Positions 18,888 to 27,964 of a stretch of DNA of 64,000 nucleotides are shown here, in pieces; position 1 is the stretch's first letter; every line of letters starts with the position of its first letter. The notes under the pieces are model-generated. The model did no database searches. It was not told the origin of the DNA and saw nothing but the letters and a program-made list of their open reading frames with translations. Source of the stretch: Vulcanimicrobiales bacterium (lineage in GTDB: Bacteria; Vulcanimicrobiota; Vulcanimicrobiia; Vulcanimicrobiales; Vulcanimicrobiaceae). The translations under genes and the position numbers were made by a program. The stretch covers positions 64,001 through 128,000 of the forward strand of contig JBBQQR010000001.1 of assembly GCA_038215615.1 (NCBI GenBank), read 5' to 3'.

Positions 18888-19895
18888 ATGCGAGGATTTC
18901 TTTCTCTAGCGGTTATCTTGTCTTTGTTTGCGCTACCGGCAGCTCGGGCTGCGACGACGGGCCACACTCCCACCGCCAAACCCGCACCGAAAGTAAGCCT
19001 TGGAGCATTTGTCCGCACCCTACTGCCCAATGCGGCGCAAAATTTTGCCGGCATGCGCGGCGCCAAATACGATTCCGATACGTACTACGTCGAGTACAAA
19101 GCCCTGCCGAAGGCCGGTCTCTGTAAGGCGTGCAAAATTTACGACCAATACGCCCGCGGAAGATATCTCGAGAATTGGTATTTGGAAAACCGCTGGAATT
19201 CAACGTGGAGCACAGCAGCAAACGAGACCTACATCAGGTCGCAATTAGCGCCGGTTCTTTCCGGGTTTGCTCTGCACCGGACGGTTTCGTATTCGTATCC
19301 CACTTTTATGTGGCGAAATTTGGCCGGCGTTTGGGTGTATATCGATACGTATAAAACCGGTTTCACGTTGCGCATCGGGCGCGACCTCGTTACGGCCGTG
19401 CACACGTTATCTCCGCCGAGCAAGCTGCAATTGCAGACGTTGGCAAACGGTGCGACCAATCTCATCCGGCTCGCGCTGCCAGATGCCGGCAACAACTTCG
19501 CATCGCTGCGCGCCCCGGGCAAGAAAAAAGATATACTCGGCAACACATACCAGCTCAATACTTCCTTCGGATCGATGTTTCGCAGCTGCGATCTTTCAGA
19601 TGTCTCGTACGGTTTCGGCTACAAAGATTTCCAACCCAAATGGCTCATCAACTGCCGGACGGTTTCCATGGCAGGCACGAAGGCGGCCCTCGAAGAGACT
19701 GTGCGCGCGGCCGTGTACAATGCGATCCCGAGCGGGTTTACTGCGGTGACCGATGCGTCTGCGTTGCTCTTCGACGATTACCGCTGGGACAACAGCGACA
19801 CGATGGCGTCGGTCAGTATCGGCTCCTTCGAAGACAAAGGCATTGTCAATTTTACGATCTCGATCTTGCACTTCTTGCCTAAGCCCACCAAGTAG
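18888..19895 (+). CDS. Secreted hypothetical protein with tandem duplicated domain
   Basis: Signal peptide; internal similarity FVRTLLPNAAQNFAGMRG vs LIRLALPDAGNNFASLRA. Confidence 0.75.
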   Translation: MRGFLSLAVILSLFALPAARAATTGHTPTAKPAPKVSLGAFVRTLLPNAAQNFAGMRGAKYDSDTYYVEYKALPKAGLCKACKIYDQYARGRYLENWYLENRWNSTWSTAANETYIRSQLAPVLSGFALHRTVSYSYPTFMWRNLAGVWVYIDTYKTGFTLRIGRDLVTAVHTLSPPSKLQLQTLANGATNLIRLALPDAGNNFASLRAPGKKKDILGNTYQLNTSFGSMFRSCDLSDVSYGFGYKDFQPKWLINCRTVSMAGTKAALEETVRAAVYNAIPSGFTAVTDASALLFDDYRWDNSDTMASVSIGSFEDKGIVNFTISILHFLPKPTK

Positions 19896-19901
19896 CGCCC
19901 G

Positions 19902-20507
19902 CTGTTCATATCATTTGAGGGCATCGAAGGCAGCGGCAAAACGACGCTGCTTTCGGCCGTTGAAGCGGAGCTTCGCAAGGACGGCGGCGATCTGCTCGTG
20001 ACGCGCGAGCCGGGCGGCACGCCGGCCGGCGATGCCATCCGTCGCGTCTTCATCGAACCGCATTTCGAGCTGAGCGCGATGGCCGAGACGCTGCTCGTGA
20101 ATGCATCCCGCGCCCAGCTCGTGACCGACGTCATTCGGCGGGCGCTCGACGCGGGGACGCTCGTTCTGTGCGATCGCTATGTCCACTCTTCGCTTGCCTA
20201 TCAAGGCTACGGCCGCGAACAGCGTCTGGATGCCGTGCGCGCCATTTGCAACGCAGCCACGGGCGGGTTGATGCCCGATCTAACGCTTCTGATCGACGTG
20301 TCGTACGAGACGTCGCGCGAGCGGCTGCACGCGCGCGGCAACGTTGATGACCGTCTGGAAAAAATGGAGGAAGCGTTTCACCGGCGCGCGCGCGCCGGGT
20401 TTTTGGAACTTGCCAAAAGCGATCCACGCATCGTCGTTATCGATGGTGAACGCGACGAAGCGCAGGTCTTTAAAGGCGCCATGGAAGCGATTCGGCGTGC
20501 ACTTTGA
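19902..20507 (+). CDS. tmk: Thymidylate kinase (probable non-canonical CTG start)
   Basis: (L)FISFEGIEGSGKTT, TREPGGT, LCDRY, AYQGYGR, PDLTLLID; no ATG/GTG/TTG between TAG 19893-19895 and the P-loop. Confidence 0.9.
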   Translation: MFISFEGIEGSGKTTLLSAVEAELRKDGGDLLVTREPGGTPAGDAIRRVFIEPHFELSAMAETLLVNASRAQLVTDVIRRALDAGTLVLCDRYVHSSLAYQGYGREQRLDAVRAICNAATGGLMPDLTLLIDVSYETSRERLHARGNVDDRLEKMEEAFHRRARAGFLELAKSDPRIVVIDGERDEAQVFKGAMEAIRRAL

Positions 20508-21504
20508 CGTCGTCGGGTCGGAAGGCCCCAAACGTTTCTTCGGGCGCCTGACGAAAGAGACGATCGCGCATGCCTATCTTTTTACCGGGCCGCCGGGAGT
20601 GGGAAAGAAAACGTTTGCGCGCCGGTTGGCGCAGTCGCTGCTCTGCGAGGCGCCCAAAGAACATGTGCTCGGATACGACGGCACGTGCGCTGCATGCAAA
20701 CTTATCGGCAAGGAAGAGACGCGCCATCCCGACTTGCTGGAAAGTATCGGCGCGCTGAAGATTGGCGAGGCCGACGAGCCGATGGCTTTTCACGAAGCCG
20801 ATGCGATCACGTCGCGCGATCTGGTCCGGCAGCTCTCGCTGCGGTCTTATTCCGGCGGTTTTCGCATCTTCGTGTTGGGTGATATCGATTTTGCGTCGCC
20901 GGCCGCAGCTAATGCGCTGCTCAAGTTTTTTGAAGAGCCGCCGCCGCGCGTCGTGCTGCTGCTGACGACGCCGACGCCTTCGCGCTTGCTTGGAACGATT
21001 CGCTCGCGGCTGGTCGAAGTGCGCTTTCCGTCGCTGCGTCAATCCGAAGTCATCGAAATTCTACGGGCAAAAGGCTTCGATCAGAAAAGGGCGCAGCTTG
21101 GTGCAGCGCTTTCGCAGGGTTCGGCAACGCGAGCGCTGGCGGCGCTCTCCGACGACGAGGAACAGCTGCGCGACCAAGTTGCGGACTGGTTTTTCGAAGT
21201 CGTCAAGGGCGAGACACCGCAAGAAGGCTGGGCGTCGCGCGAAACGCTCGACGAAGGGCTAGAGATTGTCAAAACGTTGATGCGCGACTGGATCGCGCTG
21301 CGCTCCGAAGGCGTCGCGGCCGGTGGGGCGCTTGCGGTAGACTATGAGCCGAAGCTCAACAAGCTCCCGAAGATCGACGCAGTCTCAGCGATTGGCGCAC
21401 TCGCCAAAATCGGCGAAGCGCAAAAGCTGGCCCGCACGAACGTTACGCCCGCGCTGGTGAGCGAGTTTGTCCGGATGTCGTTACCAGTAAGGTCGGAAAG
21501 CTAA
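20497..21504 (+). CDS. holB: DNA polymerase III delta' subunit
   Basis: HAYLFTGPPGVGKK, HPD, AANALLKFFEEPP, TIRSR; follows tmk; GTG start re-called. Confidence 0.9.
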   Translation: MHFDVVGSEGPKRFFGRLTKETIAHAYLFTGPPGVGKKTFARRLAQSLLCEAPKEHVLGYDGTCAACKLIGKEETRHPDLLESIGALKIGEADEPMAFHEADAITSRDLVRQLSLRSYSGGFRIFVLGDIDFASPAAANALLKFFEEPPPRVVLLLTTPTPSRLLGTIRSRLVEVRFPSLRQSEVIEILRAKGFDQKRAQLGAALSQGSATRALAALSDDEEQLRDQVADWFFEVVKGETPQEGWASRETLDEGLEIVKTLMRDWIALRSEGVAAGGALAVDYEPKLNKLPKIDAVSAIGALAKIGEAQKLARTNVTPALVSEFVRMSLPVRSES

Positions 21505-22176
21505 GTCGCTATATTGCTTCGCGACGACCAGGGCGATATAGCCGAGCGCGATTGCGGTGAGCAACGCACTTGCGATTTCGCTGCCGATGTCGCTAAACGG
21601 CAGCCAGTGGGGGACGTAGGTATTGAGCGCGATCCACACGATCAGACAAATGACGACGAGTATAGCTGTCGCCAGTGGCTGCCGGCGCGCGGCCTGTAAC
21701 GACGCGGAGAGCGACGCCCCTCCCGGCGTTCCGCCGATCGCTGCCGCGGGAATCGCGTAAATGAAAGCCCACAAGGCGAGCGCACCGAGGGCCAAAGCAA
21801 CGTAAGCGCTCCCACTCATCGATCCGATGTACCGCGCGATCCAGGTGAGGAAGAAAAACCCGATGACGGCGATCAAAATGTTCCCCGCCTTGCGCCGGCT
21901 ATCGTTCCAAGCCGACGGCAGGTTCGCGCGACCGTGCCGCCATGCGTCATCGGCGAAAATCAGCGAGATGCCGAATGCGAAGCCGTACATGATGTTGATG
22001 AGCAGTGCGATGATGCCGACGCCTGCGCCACCGCTCGCCGCGAAAAACCACACGCTTGCGTACGTCAACCCGATGGCGATCAGCGCCGCGACCAGCGGCG
22101 GAAAAAGTACGCCGAGGTTGCGCGCATAAAGCGGCAACGCTTGAACGTACATCGCCAGGTCGACCTTGCGCGTCAC
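21481..22176 (-). CDS. Multi-pass membrane hypothetical protein
   Basis: About six hydrophobic segments; GTGA overlap with mtnP stop (alternative ATG 22152). Confidence 0.75.
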   Translation of the reverse strand: MTRKVDLAMYVQALPLYARNLGVLFPPLVAALIAIGLTYASVWFFAASGGAGVGIIALLINIMYGFAFGISLIFADDAWRHGRANLPSAWNDSRRKAGNILIAVIGFFFLTWIARYIGSMSGSAYVALALGALALWAFIYAIPAAAIGGTPGGASLSASLQAARRQPLATAILVVICLIVWIALNTYVPHWLPFSDIGSEIASALLTAIALGYIALVVAKQYSDLAFRPYW

Positions 22177-22976
22177 GCGCGAGCACCTTGCAATGCCGAT
22201 TGGCAGCCGCACGTTCCTTTGACGTCGATTTTCTCGACGATGCGGGAGATCGCGCCTTTTACCCGGGCGTTGTTGCGGTTGAAGACTTCGATGACCTCAT
22301 GATGGGAGACCGGCGGGCCCTCCAAGCCTTCCAGACCGACGTCGTAATCGGTGATCAGCGAGATGTTGACGTAGCACATTTCGAGTTCGCGCGCCAGATA
22401 GCACTCCGGGTACTGGGTCATGTTGATGACTTCCCAACCCGCCGACGCAAACCACTTGGACTCCGAACGCGTCGAAAAGCGTGGCCCTTGCACGACGACG
22501 ATCGTGCCGCGTTCGTGGGTGTCGATGTCGAGCGACTTCAACGCCTCGATCGCGATCGGGCGCAGCTGCGGACAGTACGGGTCGGCGAAGCTGACGTGTG
22601 TGGTGATGGGTCCGTCGTAGAACGTGTCTACGCGGCCGGTGGTCCGGTCGACCACTTGGTCGGCGACGACCATCGAACCCGGTGCGACGTTCTTGGCCAG
22701 CGAGCCGCACGCCGTTGGGCCGATGATGCGTGTGACTCCGAGCGCCTTCATCGCCCACATGTTGGCGCGATAGTTGATCATGTGCGGCGGAATGCGATGG
22801 GCCTTGCCGTGGCGCGGCAGAAAGGCGACCTTCTTGCCGGCGATCTCCCCCAGAGCGAAAGCGTCGCTCGGTGAACCGTACGGCGTCTCGACCTCGACCT
22901 CGCGCGCGTTTTCGATCAGCGAATAAAACCCGGAGCCCCCGAAGACACCGATGTCGGCACGTTCTTTTGTTTGCAT
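22173..22976 (-). CDS. mtnP: S-methyl-5'-thioadenosine phosphorylase
   Basis: IGVFGGSG, TPYG, FLPRHG, INYRAN, GPRFST, NMT..PE..LARE, TDYD. Confidence 0.95.
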   Translation of the reverse strand: MQTKERADIGVFGGSGFYSLIENAREVEVETPYGSPSDAFALGEIAGKKVAFLPRHGKAHRIPPHMINYRANMWAMKALGVTRIIGPTACGSLAKNVAPGSMVVADQVVDRTTGRVDTFYDGPITTHVSFADPYCPQLRPIAIEALKSLDIDTHERGTIVVVQGPRFSTRSESKWFASAGWEVINMTQYPECYLARELEMCYVNISLITDYDVGLEGLEGPPVSHHEVIEVFNRNNARVKGAISRIVEKIDVKGTCGCQSALQGARA

Positions 22977-23016
22977 GGCGGGCGCTGTTCTTTAGAAAAC
23001 GGGCGAGCCCCTCGCG

Positions 23017-23490
23017 CTAGCGGTTAAAATCGCCGGGTTTGAGATCCTCGATAAACTTCTTGAACTTCTCGATATCCGCTTCGCCCGTTTTTTCGCTGGA
23101 GATCGATTCTTCGAGCACGATTTTGTCGGCGACGTAAATCGGCGCGCTCATGCGTAGCGCCAGTGCGATGCCGTCGGAAGGGCGCGTGTCTACTTCTTGC
23201 AGTTCGCCGTTCTTACGCACGACGAGTTTGGCGAAGAACGTGGACTCGCGAATGTCGTGAATGACGACTTGTTCGAGTCGCGCTTCGAGCGTTTCGAAGA
23301 TCGTGCGGATGAGATCGTGCGTGAGCGGGCGCGGGACTTGTGCGCCTTCGAGCGCCAGCGCAATCGCGGTCGCTTCGAACGGGCCGATGAGAATTGGAAG
23401 AAAACGTTGTCCGTCGACGTCTTTGAGGATGACGACCGGATCGTGCGTGAGCAGATCGATCCCGAGCTTATCGACCTTCATCTGGCGCAT
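23017..23490 (-). CDS. Bifunctional nuclease family protein (DUF151/BFN)
   Basis: PVVILK, LPILIG..EA.AI, RPLTHDL, DTRPSDGIALALR; start re-called at MRQMKV. Confidence 0.9.
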   Translation of the reverse strand: MRQMKVDKLGIDLLTHDPVVILKDVDGQRFLPILIGPFEATAIALALEGAQVPRPLTHDLIRTIFETLEARLEQVVIHDIRESTFFAKLVVRKNGELQEVDTRPSDGIALALRMSAPIYVADKIVLEESISSEKTGEADIEKFKKFIEDLKPGDFNR

Positions 23491-23569
23491 GCTTATCCAA
23501 ACGTACGCGCTCGGAAGCGCTCTGCCTGCCAGGTCGCGGCAGCAGCCCAGCCGAACGGAGCGCGGTTCC

Positions 23570-24664
23570 ATGGCGCTATCCTGCGGTATCGTCGGCTTGC
23601 CCAACGTCGGCAAGTCCACAATCTTTAACGCGCTCACGCGGTCCGCGCAGGCGTTGGCTGCCAACTACCCGTTTGCGACGATCGAACCCAATGTCGGCGA
23701 GGTGCCCGTGCCCGACGAGCGGCTCGATGCGCTCGCGGAGATCGAAAAGTCCGAACGCATCGTTCCGGCGACCGTCCGCTTTGTGGATATCGCCGGCTTA
23801 GTGCGCGGCGCGAGCTCCGGCCAGGGGCTGGGCAACGCATTCCTGAGCCACATTCGCGAGACCGACGCGATCGCGATGGTCGTCCGGTGCTTTCACGACG
23901 AGAACGTGGTGCACGTCGAAGGTGGGCCCGATCCGGCCCGCGATATCGAAATCGTCGGACTCGAGCTGGCGCTGGCGGACCTGGCGTCGCTGCAGAAGCG
24001 GGTCGATAAACTCGCGCGCGAGGCCCGCGCCAATCCGAAGCTGCGGCCCAAGGTCACGGCTACCGAAAAACTGATCGCGGCCTTGGAGCAAGGCCGGCCG
24101 GCGCGCTCGTTTCCGCCGGGCTCGGACGAGGCGGAAGTGGCCGCCGAATCGTTTCTGCTGACCGCTAAGCCACTGCTGTACGTGGCCAACGTCGATGAGG
24201 AACAACTGGCGCAGCCTGGGCCGCTGGTGCTCGCCGTGGAGGCCATTGCCAAGGGTGAGGGCAGCCGCGTCGTAGTCTTGAGCGGGAAGGTCGAGGCCGA
24301 ACTGGCCGGGCTGACCGACGCGGAGGCCGTCGAGTTCCGGCACGAGCTCGGCATCGAGCGCAGCGGACTGGACCGCCTGGCAGCCAGCGCCTACGACGCG
24401 CTCGGGCTGATGACATTTCTGACCGCCGGCCCCAAGGAGAGCCGTGCCTGGCCGATCGGGCGCGGAACCAAGGCGCCGCAGGCTGCCGGCACCATTCACA
24501 CCGACATCGAGCGCGGTTTCATCCGGGCAGAAATCATAGACTACGCTGACTACGTGCGCTATAAAACGATGGATGCGCTGCGGGCCGCGGGTAAGGTGCG
24601 CAGTGAGGGTAAGGATTATGTGATGCGAGAAGGCGATGTCGTGAACTTTCGGTTTAACGTTTGA
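23570..24664 (+). CDS. ychF: Redox-regulated ATPase YchF
   Basis: CGIVGLPNVGKST, ANYPFATIEPN, DIAGLV, AAGTIHTD, EGKDY; start re-called at MALS. Confidence 0.97.
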   Translation: MALSCGIVGLPNVGKSTIFNALTRSAQALAANYPFATIEPNVGEVPVPDERLDALAEIEKSERIVPATVRFVDIAGLVRGASSGQGLGNAFLSHIRETDAIAMVVRCFHDENVVHVEGGPDPARDIEIVGLELALADLASLQKRVDKLAREARANPKLRPKVTATEKLIAALEQGRPARSFPPGSDEAEVAAESFLLTAKPLLYVANVDEEQLAQPGPLVLAVEAIAKGEGSRVVVLSGKVEAELAGLTDAEAVEFRHELGIERSGLDRLAASAYDALGLMTFLTAGPKESRAWPIGRGTKAPQAAGTIHTDIERGFIRAEIIDYADYVRYKTMDALRAAGKVRSEGKDYVMREGDVVNFRFNV

Positions 24665-25932
24665 ACCCTCCAGTAACGACCACCGCGCGCGATGTTTCGG
24701 TGTTCGGCGACGGCATTGCGTATTTCAACGAAGCGGCCGAGCTGCTGCAACTCGAGCGCTCGATGCGCGCAATTCTCACCCACCCCTCCCGCCAAATCAT
24801 TTTTTCGATCCCGTTTCAGCGCGATTCGGGCGAGTTCGAAGTTTACACCGGCTATCGCGTGCAGTACAATTTCGCGCGCGGCCCGGTCAAGGGCGGCATC
24901 CGCTACCATCCGGGCGTGACGCTCGATGAAGTGACCGCACTCGCATTTTGGATGACCTGGAAATGCGCGGTCGTCGATCTGCCGTTCGGCGGAGCGAAGG
25001 GCGGCGTCACGTGCGATCCGTCAAAACTTTCCGACAGCGAACTCGAACGCATCACGCGCCGCTACGCAGCGGAGCTCGTGGAAGTCGTGGGGCCCGACAA
25101 AGATGTGCCTGCGCCCGATGTCGGCACCAACTCACGGACGATGGCGTGGTTCATGGACACGTACTCGATGCACATGCGCCAAACGGTGCCGGGCGTAGTG
25201 ACGGGTAAGCCGCTGGCAATCGGCGGATCGAAGGGGCGGGTCGAAGCGACCGGGCGCGGCGTCACGATCGTTGCGATGGACGAGATGGAAAACATGAAGA
25301 TCAAGCCGTCGCAGGCCAAAGTTATCATCCAAGGATTTGGGAACGTCGGCATGTGGGCCGCGCGTTTGTTCGCGCAGCGCGGATGCAAGATCGTCGGCAT
25401 TTCCGACGTCACCGGCGCGTACTACAATCCGAAGGGGATCGATCTAGACAAAGCGATCGAGCTCGCGGAGCAGGATCACAATTTGGCCGCATTTCGAGGC
25501 GGGGATAAGATTAGCAACGCCGAGCTGCTGGTCAGCGAGTGCGACGTACTCGTGCCGGCGGCTCTGGAGCGAGTGCTAACGTCGGAGAATGCGCCGGCCA
25601 TTAAGGCGAAGCTCGTCGTGGAAGGCGCTAACGGTCCGACCACGCCGGACGCCGATCATATTTTGAACGAGCGCGGAATCACCGTCATTCCAGACATCAT
25701 GGCCAACGCCGGCGGCGTTACCGTTTCATACTTCGAGTGGGTCCAAGACAAGATGGGCTACTTCTGGAAGCTCAACGAGGTCAACGAACGGCTCGAAGAT
25801 ACGTTGATTACGAACTTCCACGAGCTGCGCGGCATGAGCAAACGCCACAAGATTCCGTACCGGACGGCAGCCTACATGGTTGCGATCGATCGCGTCGTGC
25901 AGTCGCTGAAGTTACGCGGAGTGTACGCCTAG
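24661..25932 (+). CDS. gdhA: Glu/Leu/Phe/Val dehydrogenase, probably glutamate dehydrogenase
   Basis: KGGIRYHP, GGAKGG, DVPAPDVGT, QGFGNVG, EGANGP, NAGGVTVSYFEW. Confidence 0.9.
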   Translation: MNPPVTTTARDVSVFGDGIAYFNEAAELLQLERSMRAILTHPSRQIIFSIPFQRDSGEFEVYTGYRVQYNFARGPVKGGIRYHPGVTLDEVTALAFWMTWKCAVVDLPFGGAKGGVTCDPSKLSDSELERITRRYAAELVEVVGPDKDVPAPDVGTNSRTMAWFMDTYSMHMRQTVPGVVTGKPLAIGGSKGRVEATGRGVTIVAMDEMENMKIKPSQAKVIIQGFGNVGMWAARLFAQRGCKIVGISDVTGAYYNPKGIDLDKAIELAEQDHNLAAFRGGDKISNAELLVSECDVLVPAALERVLTSENAPAIKAKLVVEGANGPTTPDADHILNERGITVIPDIMANAGGVTVSYFEWVQDKMGYFWKLNEVNERLEDTLITNFHELRGMSKRHKIPYRTAAYMVAIDRVVQSLKLRGVYA

Positions 25933-25994
25933 CGCGCAGAGCAACGGTCCAGGGTTTTCTTTTTGACTATGCGCCATGACAGCTAGCGAAGCGT

Positions 25995-26055
25995 CCCTTC
26001 GATACGCGCTCTTACGAGCGCTACTCAGGGTCCTTCGACAAGCTCAGGATGACAC
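25995..26055. repeat. Modular palindromic repeat, copy 2
   Basis: CCCTTCGAT-[GCGCTC-TTAC-GAGCGC]-ACTCAGGG-TCCTTCGACAAGCTCAGGATGACAC between convergent gdh and rhodanese. Confidence 0.85.
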
Positions 26056-26075
26056 TCTGGGTTAGGATGGCAACG

Positions 26076-26378
26076 CTAATCCGAGCGTGGTTCCGTTGGG
26101 AGGCCGGCGGATTGCCACGCTGCGTAGCCACCCTCTAACGCTTCCGCGTTAGTGTAGCCTTTTGCGTGTAGCGTCGCCGCGATGCGCGAACAGGAGTTGC
26201 CGCTGCCGCAGTAGAGCACGACGTGCTCGTCTTTAGAAAATGGAACGTTGCCGCTCTCTAACGTTTCGCCGTCATAACGCAACGAGCCCGGGATCTGCTG
26301 ATCATCGGGTTTCTTGCGAATGTCGATGAGCTTCAGGGAACCGGGCTGCGCGTTTTTTATATCGTCGATGTTTGCCAT
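26076..26378 (-). CDS. Single-domain rhodanese-like protein
   Basis: IDIR..IPGS, VVLYCGSG, LEGGYAAW..AGLP. Confidence 0.88.
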   Translation of the reverse strand: MANIDDIKNAQPGSLKLIDIRKKPDDQQIPGSLRYDGETLESGNVPFSKDEHVVLYCGSGNSCSRIAATLHAKGYTNAEALEGGYAAWQSAGLPTEPRSD

Positions 26379-26393
26379 TGCCTTGATACCGGG

Positions 26394-27956
26394 CTAGGGC
26401 AGCGGATACGGCCACAGCGGGTTGATCGCTTTGATGACGTACGGGTTGTACGTATCCGTTTGCGCGATCGCCCCGATCTGCGCATTCGATAGTGGTGCAA
26501 TTCCCAGATTGTATTTCGCATCGAGCGCGCCGATAAAGACGTTTGCAATCACCGCATAGCCCGTGTTGGAGGGATGCAGGCCGTCGTAGCTCAGAAGCCC
26601 GCCGCCGAATTGCATCGTCAATGTCACGCCGGGTGCCAGGGTGACCCCCGTCGCAGCGAACGTCCTGAAATTCGCTGTAATCGGTGCAAGTGCGACACCC
26701 GTCGTGGTTGCGGTCGAGTCGATCGCCGAGTTGTAGGCGGCATTCAGGCCGATGACTTGCGCGGAAAAGGCTGAGTCCAGATAATTCGCACCGTCGCCGC
26801 TGCCGGCTCCGTTCGGGTCGAGATTGGGCGTAACAGTCGGAGATGAAGAACCCAGCTCCGCCAATACTCCGAAAAAGCCCGATTCCGTCAGGAAGCCGGT
26901 CGCGCCGGTGTATTTGCCGATAATGTACGCCTGGACCGCACCCGCGAAAGGCGCGGGCACGCCGAGTTTTTGCAAGTCCGCCGAGATCTTCGCGGCGGGG
27001 AAAAACTGCGGAACGGGCATTTCGCCGGTGGCGGGATTGCCGAGAATGTCAGGCAGATCGCCGACGACGACTTGTGAGCCGCTCGCTTGGAGCGTCGTGA
27101 TGATTTGTGTGAGGTCGGTGGCTAATTGCGCCGGCGAATCGGTCGCGGGCGAATTTCCGTGCGAGAAGATGAACTTCAGCAGATCGTTCGCGCCGAGCCA
27201 AACCGTCGTGACTTTCGGCTTGAGCGAAAGGGCTGCGTTGAGCATCGTCGGGTTCGGCAGCGTCGCGGCGAATTGGCCGAGCACCGGATAGAACAGTTTG
27301 CTTTCGTCTTGGATGAGCGATTGCAGGCCGCCCGAACTCGCGTCGCCCGGAAGCGTAACATACGAAGGGCAGCTCGTGCCGACCGGTCCAGGCGGCGCGC
27401 CGGTAATCGGCGCATTCATTGCGACGGCTTCGTGCATCGTTGCACCCGGAATGCCGAGGTTTGCAATCGGTGAAGACGGAGCCATGCGCGTCAGCGGCCA
27501 CGTGGCTTGCGAGTACGCTTGCTGGTTGAATGCGTCGCAGCCCAGGTGCGTCGCGGCGAAACCGGCGTTCAAAGTCGAAACGACCAGCTGGCCGCCCAGG
27601 CCCGGCTTGACGATGAGCGGCAGGACGCCGGTGGTCGCCGGATTCTTTCCGGTATATTGCTGATAGAGCAGCGACCAGAAGCCGTTCTCTTGCGTCGGCG
27701 GAACTGCAGCGCCGGGCAGCGCGGAAATTCCGGGCGCGGTAGCGGTCGGATCTCCCAACTGTCCGCTGGACTGTTCGCCGAAGGTCAGACTGTCGCCGAC
27801 ACCGACCAAATTCTGCTGCGTCAATCCGCCGCCCGCGGGCAAGACGGGAGCGATCGGCACGCTGCCGTTGCTTCCGACGCCTCCGCTGCACGCTGCCAAA
27901 GCGATGAGTGTGAGCGCCGCCGCAGCGCGTTGGATAGTCGTATACATGTTGCTCAT
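26394..27956 (-). CDS. SGNH/GDSL hydrolase lipoprotein
   Basis: Lipobox LAAC; GVGDSL (block I), NLGIPG, WLGAND (block III), DGLHPS (block V); start 27956 or 27947. Confidence 0.85.
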   Translation of the reverse strand: MSNMYTTIQRAAAALTLIALAACSGGVGSNGSVPIAPVLPAGGGLTQQNLVGVGDSLTFGEQSSGQLGDPTATAPGISALPGAAVPPTQENGFWSLLYQQYTGKNPATTGVLPLIVKPGLGGQLVVSTLNAGFAATHLGCDAFNQQAYSQATWPLTRMAPSSPIANLGIPGATMHEAVAMNAPITGAPPGPVGTSCPSYVTLPGDASSGGLQSLIQDESKLFYPVLGQFAATLPNPTMLNAALSLKPKVTTVWLGANDLLKFIFSHGNSPATDSPAQLATDLTQIITTLQASGSQVVVGDLPDILGNPATGEMPVPQFFPAAKISADLQKLGVPAPFAGAVQAYIIGKYTGATGFLTESGFFGVLAELGSSSPTVTPNLDPNGAGSGDGANYLDSAFSAQVIGLNAAYNSAIDSTATTTGVALAPITANFRTFAATGVTLAPGVTLTMQFGGGLLSYDGLHPSNTGYAVIANVFIGALDAKYNLGIAPLSNAQIGAIAQTDTYNPYVIKAINPLWPYPLP

Positions 27957-27964
27957 CCCCGTGA

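Noticed and set aside
18888..20507. Recoded (Pyl/amber read-through) fusion of the secreted protein with Tmk
   Set aside because: The signal peptide would export a cytoplasmic kinase; no pyl genes in the window; many other genes here end in TAG
25975..26064. 29-codon ORF MTASEASLRYALLRALLRVLRQAQDDTLG
   Set aside because: Just a translation of repeat copy 2; no SD
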